From contig PWFQ01000006.1 of the NCBI GenBank assembly GCA_003554105.1, forward strand, positions 3,036 through 67,035: a DNA stretch of 64,000 nt, written 5' to 3'. The DNA is from Clostridiaceae bacterium (lineage in GTDB: Bacteria; Bacillota; Clostridia; Peptostreptococcales; T1SED10-28). This document shows positions 1-8,584 of the stretch, one piece after another. Within the stretch, counting starts at the first letter, position 1. Each line of letters starts with the position of its first letter. Both the position numbers and the translations under genes were made by a program. The notes under the pieces were generated by a model. That model ran no database searches, was not told where the DNA came from, and worked only from the letters and a program-made list of their open reading frames with translations.

Positions 1-1392
1 ATTGAGGAACTGGGTAAAGAGCAAAATGATGTCTTCCCGACGTTCTCTCAAGGGAGGCAGGTCCAACTGAACGACATTCAGTCGATAGAACAAGTCCTCC
101 CGGAAGAGACCCTCTTTGATCATTTCATCAAGATCCTTGTTCGTTGCGGCGATAATTCTTGAATCCACTTCAATCGTATTACTTGATCCGATCCTTGTAA
201 CTTTGCCCTCTTGCAGCACGCGCAGAAGTTTTCCCTGATGCTCAAGGGGGAGATCCCCAATTTCGTCTAAAAAGAGAGTTCCGTTATTGGCCAGTTCATA
301 ATATCCGACCTTTCCGTTTTTCAAAGCTCCTGTAAAGGCTCCCCCTGCATAACCGAAAAACTCACTTTCAAAAAGAGTGTCGGGTATTGCACTACAGTTT
401 ACCGGGACAAAGTGCCCTTTTCGAGCACTGCTTTGATGAATGGATTTTGCAAAGACCTCTTTCCCTGTACCGCTTTCTCCAGTGATGAGAATATTTGCAT
501 CGGTGCGAGACGATTTTTTAGCCACTTGAATGAGGTTTTGCATAATGGGGTTTTTACCCTGGACATGTCCGAGGGAAAAGAAATCCTTGGTCATTTTATC
601 AATTTCCTCTTTTAGAAGATCCAGTTGGCTACTGGCACTATCCAGTTGATTTACCAGGTTTGTATATTCGGTGACATTTTTTTCGGTTGCCACAACTCCA
701 AGAAACTCTCCTTCGATAAAGACCGGGAGGGCACTGATAATGATATGATAACCGGGTTTCGGTGAATGATATGCATTTTTGATGGCTACTTTTTCCTCAA
801 GAACAGAAAGAATCAATGCACCGGGGAAAAAGTCGCTCAAAGGCTTGTAGAGAATTTTATCTGCAGGGATTCCATAAAGCTCTTCGGCATTCCTATTCCA
901 GAAAATCACATTGCCTTCCCGATCGGTGACTGTAATTGCTTCGTGCATGCTATCCATAATATGAACGTACTGATTATTTATGACCCGCATGGTAAGAAGA
1001 TGATGACTGATAATATCATCAAACCGAATGATTCCAACAACCTCATGATCCTCGTAAATCGGAAGACGGCCAATATTGTATTTGATAAGAAGTTCTTTTG
1101 CAGTGGTAATTGCTTGGGATGAATCAATGGTAATCACATGAGGGTTCATGTACGAGGAGATTGGAAGATCTAAATCTTTTCGCTGTTTTTTTAAGTTCGA
1201 TACGTCGGTGAGGGTCAAAATCCCCAACAACCGTTCGCGGTTATGGTGATGATCCACCACCAGGACTTCCTGAAAATTCTCGAAAAGCATTGTTTCAATG
1301 ACTTCAATAGTGACGGTTTCCGGGGAGACCTTTAAATAGTTTTCTGAAGCAGCTTCTTTTACTGTATACTTCAATAATTGATTTTCAAACAA
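1..1392 (-). CDS. sigma-54-dependent transcriptional activator (CBS-like + PAS-like sensor, AAA+ core); C-terminus lies beyond the window edge
   Basis: Absent from the ORF track because it is truncated. My minus-strand translation from TTG 1392 (AGGAG 9 nt upstream) stays open to base 1. It shows ILITGESGTGKE (Walker A), ESEFFGYAGGAFTGA (GAFTGA sigma-54 contact loop), TLFLDEIGDL (Walker B) and FREDLFYRLNV. The N-terminal part is CBS-like and PAS-like (ITVTDREGNVIFWN). Confidence 0.85.
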   Translation of the reverse strand, partial: MFENQLLKYTVKEAASENYLKVSPETVTIEVIETMLFENFQEVLVVDHHHNRERLLGILTLTDVSNLKKQRKDLDLPISSYMNPHVITIDSSQAITTAKELLIKYNIGRLPIYEDHEVVGIIRFDDIISHHLLTMRVINNQYVHIMDSMHEAITVTDREGNVIFWNRNAEELYGIPADKILYKPLSDFFPGALILSVLEEKVAIKNAYHSPKPGYHIIISALPVFIEGEFLGVVATEKNVTEYTNLVNQLDSASSQLDLLKEEIDKMTKDFFSLGHVQGKNPIMQNLIQVAKKSSRTDANILITGESGTGKEVFAKSIHQSSARKGHFVPVNCSAIPDTLFESEFFGYAGGAFTGALKNGKVGYYELANNGTLFLDEIGDLPLEHQGKLLRVLQEGKVTRIGSSNTIEVDSRIIAATNKDLDEMIKEGLFREDLFYRLNVVQLDLPPLRERREDIILLFTQFLN

Positions 1393-1497
1393 AAGTATCA
1401 CTCCTAAGGGACCAAGTTACTGAGTTGCCTGCAAGCTATCAGAAATATTTGTAAAAAAAAGATACTTTATTAGTATATATCGATTATCATAAAAAAT

Positions 1498-1565
1498 CAA
1501 TGACTCAACAAAAAGAAAAACAGGCAATGACTAAAAGTTGACAGATGACGAAAAATTGACGCATG
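1498..1565. promoter_or_regulatory. candidate enhancer (UAS) for the sigma-54 activator: cluster of TGAC-containing repeats
   Basis: CAATGACT occurs at 1498-1505 and 1525-1532. Near-identical 14-mers AAAGTTGACAGATG (1534-1547) and AAAATTGACGCATG (1552-1565) start 18 bp apart. The cluster lies about 190-250 bp upstream of the -24/-12 element. Confidence 0.3.
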
Positions 1566-1751
1566 TTCGAAGAGCAGACTTAGCAATATACATAGGATTG
1601 CAGAAAATGAAGAGGGAATTAATGTCGATATACTGACTTCTCTGAACAGGTTTTGAGACGGAGGAAATGAAAGATTAAGGCGCGTAAGCTGCATTTTAGA
1701 ACAGAGAATTACAGACATTAAATCGTCAGAATCCTTTGAAATAATAGAAAC

Positions 1752-1767
1752 TGGCATTATCCTTGCT
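1752..1767 (+). promoter_or_regulatory. sigma-54 (-24/-12) promoter
   Basis: TGGCAT-TATCC-TTGCT matches the consensus TGGCAC-N5-TTGC with correct GG/GC spacing. It sits 57 nt upstream of ATG 1824 and faces away from the divergent sigma-54 activator gene. Confidence 0.75.
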
Positions 1768-1823
1768 TATAATAAGGGTAGACAATGGTTTTAAGAATTA
1801 AACTTTGAATAGGAGGAGAACAC

Positions 1824-2972
1824 ATGGTAAAAACTGCGGAAGTGGTCATAATAGGAGGAGGGATATCAGGATGTGCCATCGCTTACAACCTTGCGAAAAA
1901 GGGTGTGAAGGATGTGGTGGTCATCGAGAAAGGTTATCTGGCCTCCGGTGCAACCGGAAGCTGCGGGGCAGGTATTCGTCAACAGTGGGGAACGGAGATG
2001 AACTGTAAAATTGCAAAAATGTCCTGTGAATTTTTTGAAACTGCCAATGAAGAACTGCAATATGACGGTGATATTGAATTTAAGCAGGGCGGCTACTTAT
2101 TGTTGGCCAGTACTGATAAAGAACATGAACAGTTTAAGAAGAATGTGGAATTGCAAAACTCTTTAGGAATTCATTCAAGAATGCTTAATCTTGATGAGGC
2201 AAAAAAGATTGTCCCCCATTTAAACACTGAGGGTCTTGTCAGTACTGCATTTTATGAAAAAGACGGACATTTAAATCCGTTTCATGCTACAGAGGCTTAC
2301 GGTAAAGCCGCGGAGCGCTTAGGCGCAAAAATTTATAAGTATACTGAAGTAACGGGTATAGAAGTGGAAAACGGCAGAGTGAAAAAAGTCAAGACAGACA
2401 AAGGGGATATTGAGACGAAGGTTGTCGTAAATGCCGCAGGTGGTCATTCCCAAGTTATAGCTGAAATGGCCGGTGTAGATATTCCTGTTTATTCTGAAAG
2501 ACACCAGATTTTAGTCACAGAACCACTTGAACCATTACTTGAGCCAATGTTAATGTCATTTTCGTTAAATATCTACTGTCAGCAGGTACCCCATGGAGGT
2601 TTTATTATGGGACGGGGAGATGATACCGAACCGAGAGATTTAAGAGTCACATCAAGTTGGCAATTTCTCGATGAGATGATTAAAACCGCAACCAGGGTTT
2701 TGCCTCCTCTTAAAAAAGCAAGACTTCTTCGGCAATGGGCAGGACTTTATAATATGACTCCCGACCGGCAACCGATTTACGGGAAGGTCGATGAAGTGGA
2801 AGGATTTTATCTTGCGGTCGGATTCAGCGGACACGGCTTCATGTTCGGACCGGCAACCGGGCTTTTGATGGCAGAATATATTCTTGGAGAAGAGCCGACA
2901 ATCAACATTGACATGTTAGGTCTGAAACGATTTGAATCGGGAGATCTGATTCTGGAACCGTCAGTCGTTTAA
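1824..2972 (+). CDS. FAD-dependent oxidoreductase, DAO family (sarcosine oxidase beta / HcnC / proline dehydrogenase beta-like subunit)
   Basis: 382 aa with an AGGAGG SD. N-terminal VVIIGGGISGCAIAYNLAKKG dinucleotide fold; overall DAO-like layout. Confidence 0.85.
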   Translation: MVKTAEVVIIGGGISGCAIAYNLAKKGVKDVVVIEKGYLASGATGSCGAGIRQQWGTEMNCKIAKMSCEFFETANEELQYDGDIEFKQGGYLLLASTDKEHEQFKKNVELQNSLGIHSRMLNLDEAKKIVPHLNTEGLVSTAFYEKDGHLNPFHATEAYGKAAERLGAKIYKYTEVTGIEVENGRVKKVKTDKGDIETKVVVNAAGGHSQVIAEMAGVDIPVYSERHQILVTEPLEPLLEPMLMSFSLNIYCQQVPHGGFIMGRGDDTEPRDLRVTSSWQFLDEMIKTATRVLPPLKKARLLRQWAGLYNMTPDRQPIYGKVDEVEGFYLAVGFSGHGFMFGPATGLLMAEYILGEEPTINIDMLGLKRFESGDLILEPSVV

Positions 2973-3013
2973 TACATCATCGATCGATAAAATTCAGGTA
3001 AGGAGTGAAAAAC

Positions 3014-3316
3014 ATGAGAATTGAAGACCATCCCGTTTTAGAGTTCAAGCGAGGAAAAAAAATATCTTTCACTTATAATGGCGAGAAGGTGGAGGGTTAT
3101 GAGGGAGAAACGATCGCAGCAGCATTGCATGCAGCGGGAGTACAAGTATTAAGCTACAGTGATCGGCATCGCCCCCGGGGATTCTACTGTGCTATCGGAA
3201 ACTGTTCCTCCTGTTTTATGGAGGTTAACGGAGAAAGCAACGTGAAAGTATGCATTGAACCCCTACAGGAAGGAATGGACGTTAAAACCCAAAAAGGAAA
3301 GGGTGAAATCGTATGA
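3014..3316 (+). CDS. (2Fe-2S)-binding small subunit (HcnA / SoxA N-terminal-like)
   Basis: ATG 3014 lies 8 nt after AAGGAG; the track start at 3005 is a GTG inside the SD. Motif RGFYCAIGNCSSCFMEVNGESNVKVC. The stop overlaps the next start (ATGA). Confidence 0.8.
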   Translation: MRIEDHPVLEFKRGKKISFTYNGEKVEGYEGETIAAALHAAGVQVLSYSDRHRPRGFYCAIGNCSSCFMEVNGESNVKVCIEPLQEGMDVKTQKGKGEIV

Positions 3317-4422
3317 AGAACGTAGAATTATTGGTGATCGGTGGAGGACCGGCAGGTCTGTGCGCAGCAATCAGTGCTGCTGAAGCTGGGGTAGATGTTT
3401 TATTGGCGGAAAGAGACGAATGGCTGGGAGGCCAACTGGTAAAACAGACTCATATGTTTTTCGGATCGGAAAAACAGCACGCCTCCGTCCGTGGAGTGGA
3501 TATCGGAAAATTGTTGGTCAAAAAAGTGGAAGAGTATAAAAACGTTGAAGTAATGAAAAACGCTACGGTTTTAGGACTTTATGAAGATCGGGTGGTTACC
3601 ATTCAACAGGACGGAAACTACGTAAAAGTAAATCCGAAGTCAGTGATTATCACAACCGGTGCAAGTGAAAAAACCCTTGTCTTCCCCAACAATGATCTGC
3701 CGGGAGTCTACGGTGCAGGGGCAGTTCAAACTCTTATGAATGTTTACGGAGTGAAGCCCGGAAACAAAGTACTTATGGTAGGGGCAGGAAATATCGGACT
3801 GATTGTAAGTTATCAACTAATGCAGGCAGGAGTCGACGTTGAAGCAATCGTGGATGCATCACCGAATATAGGAGGCTACCTGGTGCATGCGTCGAAAATT
3901 CGACGGATGGGAGTTCCGATTTTAACCCGTCACACTGTAAAAGAAGCCATCGGAAAAGAAGCTTTGGAAGCTGCGGTAATATGGGAACTGGATGACAAAT
4001 GGCAACCGATCCCCGGAAGCGAACAAAAACTGGATGTTGACGTTATGTGTATCTCGGTGGGACTTACCCCCCTTTCCGAACTGTTATGGCAAATCGGCTG
4101 TAAAATGGAATTTGTTGGTGAGCTTGGAGGCTTTGTACCGACACGAAGTGATAAACTGCAAACTTCCCTGGACGGAATTTTTGTAGCAGGAGATGTTGCA
4201 GGGGTTGAAGAAGCAAGTAGTGCCATGGTGGAAGGGAGCTTGGCGGGACTCTCCGCATCTTCATATTTAGGATATAAAATTGATGTGGTGAAAGAGCTGG
4301 AAAGAGACTATCTGAATCAGTTAAATGACTTACGATCCGGTCCGGTAGGAGAAAAAATCCGGCAGGGACTTGCAAAAGCTTTAATCAGCGAACAAGCTGC
4401 TAATCCGGGTCAAGGCTCATAA
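3313..4422 (+). CDS. NAD(P)/FAD-dependent oxidoreductase (HcnB / alpha-subunit-like, pyridine nucleotide-disulfide type)
   Basis: 369 aa with two Rossmann motifs: LLVIGGGPAGLCAAISAAEAG and VLMVGAGNIGLIVSYQLMQAG. Translationally coupled to the upstream gene. Confidence 0.85.
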   Translation: MKNVELLVIGGGPAGLCAAISAAEAGVDVLLAERDEWLGGQLVKQTHMFFGSEKQHASVRGVDIGKLLVKKVEEYKNVEVMKNATVLGLYEDRVVTIQQDGNYVKVNPKSVIITTGASEKTLVFPNNDLPGVYGAGAVQTLMNVYGVKPGNKVLMVGAGNIGLIVSYQLMQAGVDVEAIVDASPNIGGYLVHASKIRRMGVPILTRHTVKEAIGKEALEAAVIWELDDKWQPIPGSEQKLDVDVMCISVGLTPLSELLWQIGCKMEFVGELGGFVPTRSDKLQTSLDGIFVAGDVAGVEEASSAMVEGSLAGLSASSYLGYKIDVVKELERDYLNQLNDLRSGPVGEKIRQGLAKALISEQAANPGQGS

Positions 4423-4435
4423 AGGAGGAGAAAAG

Positions 4436-5221
4436 ATGTTAGAAAAAACAGGAGTACCTACAAAAGAACAAATTGATAGTGCCTTTCCGTCAGAGGAACG
4501 AATGAAAAAAGGACCGTTTGTGGTTGTGGAATGTTTCCAGAAGATCCCCTGCAACCCATGTTTTACAGCATGTAATCGTGACGGGATCAAAGCCTTTGAA
4601 GATATAAACGATCTGCCCGATGTCGATCATGACAACTGTAACGGATGCACTCTTTGTGTCAGTAAGTGTCCGGGTCTTGCCATTTTTGTTGTGGACATGA
4701 CTTATTCAGAAGATAAGGCGTTATTGAAAATCCCATACGAATTTTTACCGTTGCCCCAGGAAGGGGACCGGGTGATGGGACTCAGTCACGGGGGAGAAGA
4801 AGTGGAAAAGGTGGAAGTGATAAAAGTGCAAAATCCCAAAGGATTTGATAAAACTCCGGTGATTTCCCTTGCCGTCAGCAAAGACAAAGTTAAGGTAATA
4901 AGATCCATCAAAGTGCCAAAGGAGCGAGACCGATCGGAAGATGAAATCGTCTGCCGATGTTCCGATGTGACCCTTGAAGAGGTTAGAGAACTGATCCGTA
5001 CAGGGCACACCACCTTTGATGAAATCAAAAAGATCAGTCGTATCGGTATGGGTCCCTGTCAGGGAAGAACCTGCAGTCAACTGGTCATCAGGGAAATTGC
5101 AAGTATTACAGGCCAAGACCCGTCGAGCTTGTTACCGGGGACCTACAGACAGATCGTAAAATCCCTTGAAATGGGAAAAGTCATCGAAGCCCTTGAAAAG
5201 GAAGAACAGGAGAATAAGTAA
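4436..5221 (+). CDS. iron-sulfur subunit: N-terminal 4Fe-4S ferredoxin-type + C-terminal BFD-like [2Fe-2S] domain
   Basis: 261 aa with an AAAGGAGG SD. Motifs CNPCFTAC, CNGCTLCVSKCP and CRCSDVTLEEV...GMGPCQGRTC. Confidence 0.75.
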   Translation: MLEKTGVPTKEQIDSAFPSEERMKKGPFVVVECFQKIPCNPCFTACNRDGIKAFEDINDLPDVDHDNCNGCTLCVSKCPGLAIFVVDMTYSEDKALLKIPYEFLPLPQEGDRVMGLSHGGEEVEKVEVIKVQNPKGFDKTPVISLAVSKDKVKVIRSIKVPKERDRSEDEIVCRCSDVTLEEVRELIRTGHTTFDEIKKISRIGMGPCQGRTCSQLVIREIASITGQDPSSLLPGTYRQIVKSLEMGKVIEALEKEEQENK

Positions 5222-5353
5222 AAATCAGTTCATAATGCTGAAAAATGAAAGAATCTTTGTTATACTGTAAACAAGATGAATTTTATTATGCTCAGGGGTT
5301 TCAGGGTACCTCTGGGCATCATCATGAGACTATAATAAAAAAAGAGGTGAAGG

Positions 5354-5752
5354 ATGAACATGAAAAAACTGGAAAAGTATGAAGAGAAGTGTATTGAATG
5401 TCATGCCTGTGAAGATGTTTGTGCAAAAACTTACTTCAAATCAGAAGACCGGGGAAAGTCCAGAATTGTCATCAACGAAGAGCTTGATGAAAAAGGTCAG
5501 AAAATTAACGTCTGCAATCAATGCGGAGAATGTATGGAAGTCTGTCCCGAGCTGGCCCTGACCAGAGACAAAAAAGGAGTAGTGCGGCTAGACAAAGACA
5601 AATGCGTTGAATGTCTGATCTGTGTCGGATTTTGTCCGTATCTTTCAATGAGAGTGCATAAAGATCTCCTCGAACCTTTCAAATGTATTGCCTGTGGACT
5701 CTGTGCCAAAGAATGTCCCACTGAGGCCATTGAAATCGTAGAGACTGTTTAG
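5354..5752 (+). CDS. ferredoxin with four [4Fe-4S] binding motifs (AorA-like electron-transfer subunit)
   Basis: 132 aa with four CxxCxxCxxxC(P) motifs: CIECHACEDVC, CNQCGECMEVCP, CVECLICVGFCP and CIACGLCAKECP. ATG 5360 is an alternative start. Confidence 0.85.
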   Translation: MNMKKLEKYEEKCIECHACEDVCAKTYFKSEDRGKSRIVINEELDEKGQKINVCNQCGECMEVCPELALTRDKKGVVRLDKDKCVECLICVGFCPYLSMRVHKDLLEPFKCIACGLCAKECPTEAIEIVETV

Positions 5753-5790
5753 GATAAATCGTAATTCAATAGAATGGAAAAGGAGATGAG

Positions 5791-7983
5791 ATGATGTCAG
5801 TTGTAATCGCAAAAGAACGAGTGGAAGAGATGAAGAATAACCGTAAGGTGTTAAAAGCCTTGGAATATACTCCGACGAAGGTGAATAGAGGGTATACCGA
5901 CAAGACTTTATATATTAACTTAACTGACAACCAGGTGGAGTTTAGGGATATTCCTGAAATGGTGAAAGAGAAATTTATTGGGGGAAAAGGGTATGGTCTG
6001 TGGCATCTATGGAATGGAATTAAAGATGACACGAAGTGGAATGATCCCGAGAATGAAATTGTGATTTCTCCGGGACCGATTGCTGGAATTACCCAGTACC
6101 CCGGAGCAGGAAAATCCTTAGTTGTGAGCATCTCCCCAATCACAGGAACGGTTATTGACAGTAATGTGGGCGGACACTTTGGTCCTCTTATGAAGTTTTC
6201 AGGATTTGATGCACTGGAAATTCAAGGGAAAGCGGAAAAGGATGTGGTGGTGTTTATCGATGGAAATAAAGGAACGATCTCCATTGAGGAAGCACCGGTG
6301 GAAACCATCGACAGCCATATTCTTGCAGAAGAGTTAACGGAAATGTACGCAGATGATGAAGAAGACAAGCGACATATCTCTGTGGTCTCTTCGGGTCAAG
6401 CTGCAGAGCATAGTTATATCGGATTATTGAACTTCAGTTTTTATGATAAGCGGAAAAAAGCCCAACGGTTAAAACAAGCGGGTCGCGGTGGAATCGGTAC
6501 TGTGTTCAGAGATAAAAAAATCAAAGCCCTGATTGTGAAGTATAAAGGCGTAAAAGGTGACAGCAATCATCCAGCCGATGTTGAAAAAATTAAGCAGGTT
6601 GGGATGAAGCTTCATAAGGAAGTCCATGACTTTGACGATGAGCAATGCCAAATGAGACAGGTGGGAACGGCAAATCTCTTCGAAACTATGAGCGATTATG
6701 ATCTGCTTCCTGTAAACAACTTCCAGTACGGATCTCATAAGGATGCTGCCGCTACTGGCGGACGAGCTGCCCTTAAAAAGGTCTTGCAGCAGAATGAGCC
6801 AGACGGATGTTGGTTCGGATGTTCAATGTCCTGTGCGAAGTCTGCAGTGGAGTACGAGCTTCAAACCGGACCTTATAAAGGACAGAAGGTCGTTGTTGAT
6901 GGACCTGAATATGAGACCATCGCAGGGGTTGGAAGCAACTGTGGAATCTTCGACATCGATTATGTATTGGAATGTAATTTCTACTGTGACACCTATGGAG
7001 TGGACACGATCTCCTTCGGTACATTAACCGCCTTCGCCATGGAATGCTATGAGCGGGGAGTAATCGATAAGGAAGTTACCGGCGGTTTGGAGATGACCTT
7101 CGGAAATAAAGATGCTGCAATGGAGCTCCTGCACCAGATGGCAAGAGGTGAAGGATTTGGTGTGGTTGCTGGCAAAGGTGTGCGGGCAATGAGAGAACTT
7201 TTCGTCAAAGAGTACGGAGCAGATGAAAACCTGCTTTTGGATATCGGAATGGAATCAAAGGGACTTGAGTATTCTCAATATGTTTCAAAGGAATCTTTAG
7301 CACAGCAGGGTGGTTACGCATTAACCAATAAAGGTCCTCAGCATGATGAGGCATGGTTGATTTTTATGGATATGGTGAATAATCAAATTCCGACCTTTGA
7401 TGACAAAGCGGAAGCTCTTCACTACTTCCCAATGTTCAGAACCTGGTTTGGTCTTCAGGGTCTCTGTAAATTGCCATGGAATGACGTTGAGCCCATAAGC
7501 AACAGAGACATCGAAGGACCGGAAGCAGCCAAGGTTCCCGAACATGTACAGAACTATGTTGACCTGTACAATGCGGTGACGGGTAACAATATTGATAAGC
7601 AGGAAATGATTCTTCAATCGGAAAGAGTCTATAACTTCCAAAAGGTTTTTAACATCCGTCTCGGTGTCGTGGGAATTGAAGGAGACCGGGCACCATACCG
7701 TTCCGTCGGGCCGGTAACGAAGGAAGAATATCTATCGCGGGAAGATCGATATGACAAACAAATGAAAGAAAAGATCGGTGTTGATCCTGAAGGAAAAAGC
7801 GTAGAGGAGAAAATGGCGATCACAAGAGAATTCAGAGAGTCACAATTCGCTCAGCTGCGGGATACGGTCTATAAGCGTAGAGGATGGACTGTTGAAGGAA
7901 TTCCTACACTTGAGCATCTTCAAAATATCGGCATGGACCTTCCTGAAGTGATGGAAGTAGTAAAGCCCTACTTGAGCAAGTAA
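5791..7983 (+). CDS. aor: aldehyde:ferredoxin oxidoreductase family (tungstopterin enzyme)
   Basis: 730 aa. AOR hallmarks are KFIGGKGYGLW near the N-terminus, DGPEYETIAGVGSNCGI and a C-terminal YKRRGW...GIPT. Confidence 0.9.
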   Translation: MMSVVIAKERVEEMKNNRKVLKALEYTPTKVNRGYTDKTLYINLTDNQVEFRDIPEMVKEKFIGGKGYGLWHLWNGIKDDTKWNDPENEIVISPGPIAGITQYPGAGKSLVVSISPITGTVIDSNVGGHFGPLMKFSGFDALEIQGKAEKDVVVFIDGNKGTISIEEAPVETIDSHILAEELTEMYADDEEDKRHISVVSSGQAAEHSYIGLLNFSFYDKRKKAQRLKQAGRGGIGTVFRDKKIKALIVKYKGVKGDSNHPADVEKIKQVGMKLHKEVHDFDDEQCQMRQVGTANLFETMSDYDLLPVNNFQYGSHKDAAATGGRAALKKVLQQNEPDGCWFGCSMSCAKSAVEYELQTGPYKGQKVVVDGPEYETIAGVGSNCGIFDIDYVLECNFYCDTYGVDTISFGTLTAFAMECYERGVIDKEVTGGLEMTFGNKDAAMELLHQMARGEGFGVVAGKGVRAMRELFVKEYGADENLLLDIGMESKGLEYSQYVSKESLAQQGGYALTNKGPQHDEAWLIFMDMVNNQIPTFDDKAEALHYFPMFRTWFGLQGLCKLPWNDVEPISNRDIEGPEAAKVPEHVQNYVDLYNAVTGNNIDKQEMILQSERVYNFQKVFNIRLGVVGIEGDRAPYRSVGPVTKEEYLSREDRYDKQMKEKIGVDPEGKSVEEKMAITREFRESQFAQLRDTVYKRRGWTVEGIPTLEHLQNIGMDLPEVMEVVKPYLSK

Positions 7984-8010
7984 AAGCTGTTGATGAAAAC
8001 ATTGGATATT

Positions 8011-8039
8011 GGGGCGGAGTTGAGACTTCGCCCCTTTTC
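8011..8039 (+). terminator. rho-independent terminator after aor
   Basis: GGGGCGGAGT / ACTTCGCCCC stem (one mismatch), TGAG loop, then TTTT. Confidence 0.6.
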
Positions 8040-8083
8040 ATGTTAGAATGGTTTTAGATAGAGGATACAATAGAGGTGATAGA

Positions 8084-8281
8084 ATGATTCAGGTAAACGG
8101 AAGAAATCACGAATGGTATGAAGGAATGACAATTGAAAGCCTTTTAAAAGATCTGAACTACACCTACCCGATTTTGGTGATACGGATCAACGGAACATTA
8201 ATTGATAAAGAAGACTATTCTGCAACCAAAGTACAGAAGGGTGACGATGTGAAAATCATCCATCCTATTGCCGGAGGTTAA
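8084..8281 (+). CDS. ThiS/MoaD-family sulfur-carrier protein (C-terminal Gly-Gly)
   Basis: 65 aa from ATG 8084 (AGAGGTGA SD). Starts MIQVNG, ends DDVKIIHPIAGG-stop, which is the ThiS-like pattern. The track start at 8048 is probably too far upstream. Confidence 0.75.
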   Translation: MIQVNGRNHEWYEGMTIESLLKDLNYTYPILVIRINGTLIDKEDYSATKVQKGDDVKIIHPIAGG

Positions 8282-8293
8282 AGGAGGGTTATT

Positions 8294-8584
8294 GTGAAAA
8301 TCAAAAAAATTTCTGACTGGTTAAGAAACTATGTGGAAAATCATGGAGGTTGTCTGTGGATTGAGGAGCGAAATGTCATTAAAGGATGATGAATGGTTTT
8401 TAAAGGACCATCAGGTTTGGTGGTAAAACCGGAAGGAAATAAGGAATGGATTGAAGCAACCGTTGAAGGAAAAGACTTGAAATTCTTTCTGGACAAGGAA
8501 TTATGGGAAAATGTCAAGGAGAAAAAGGCGATAACCATGCATCTGGAAGGATATGGGCGGTTTGTTCTTGAAATTGAGACTTAG
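8294..8584 (+). CDS. HesB/IscA-like small protein with in-frame TGA-TGA (candidate selenoprotein); alternatively two coupled sORFs, 8294..8392 and 8393..8584
   Basis: GTG 8294 follows a strong AAGGAGGG SD. The frame reads 31 codons, then TGA TGA (8387-8392), then ATG 8393 in the same frame for 63 more codons. The joined 96 aa follow a HesB-like pattern. Confidence 0.45.

Noticed and set aside
1497-1757. An 86-aa minus-strand ORF in the activator/operon intergenic region.
   Set aside because: It covers the sigma-54 promoter and the repeat array, has no SD and has hydrophobic low-complexity content. The region is better explained as regulatory DNA.
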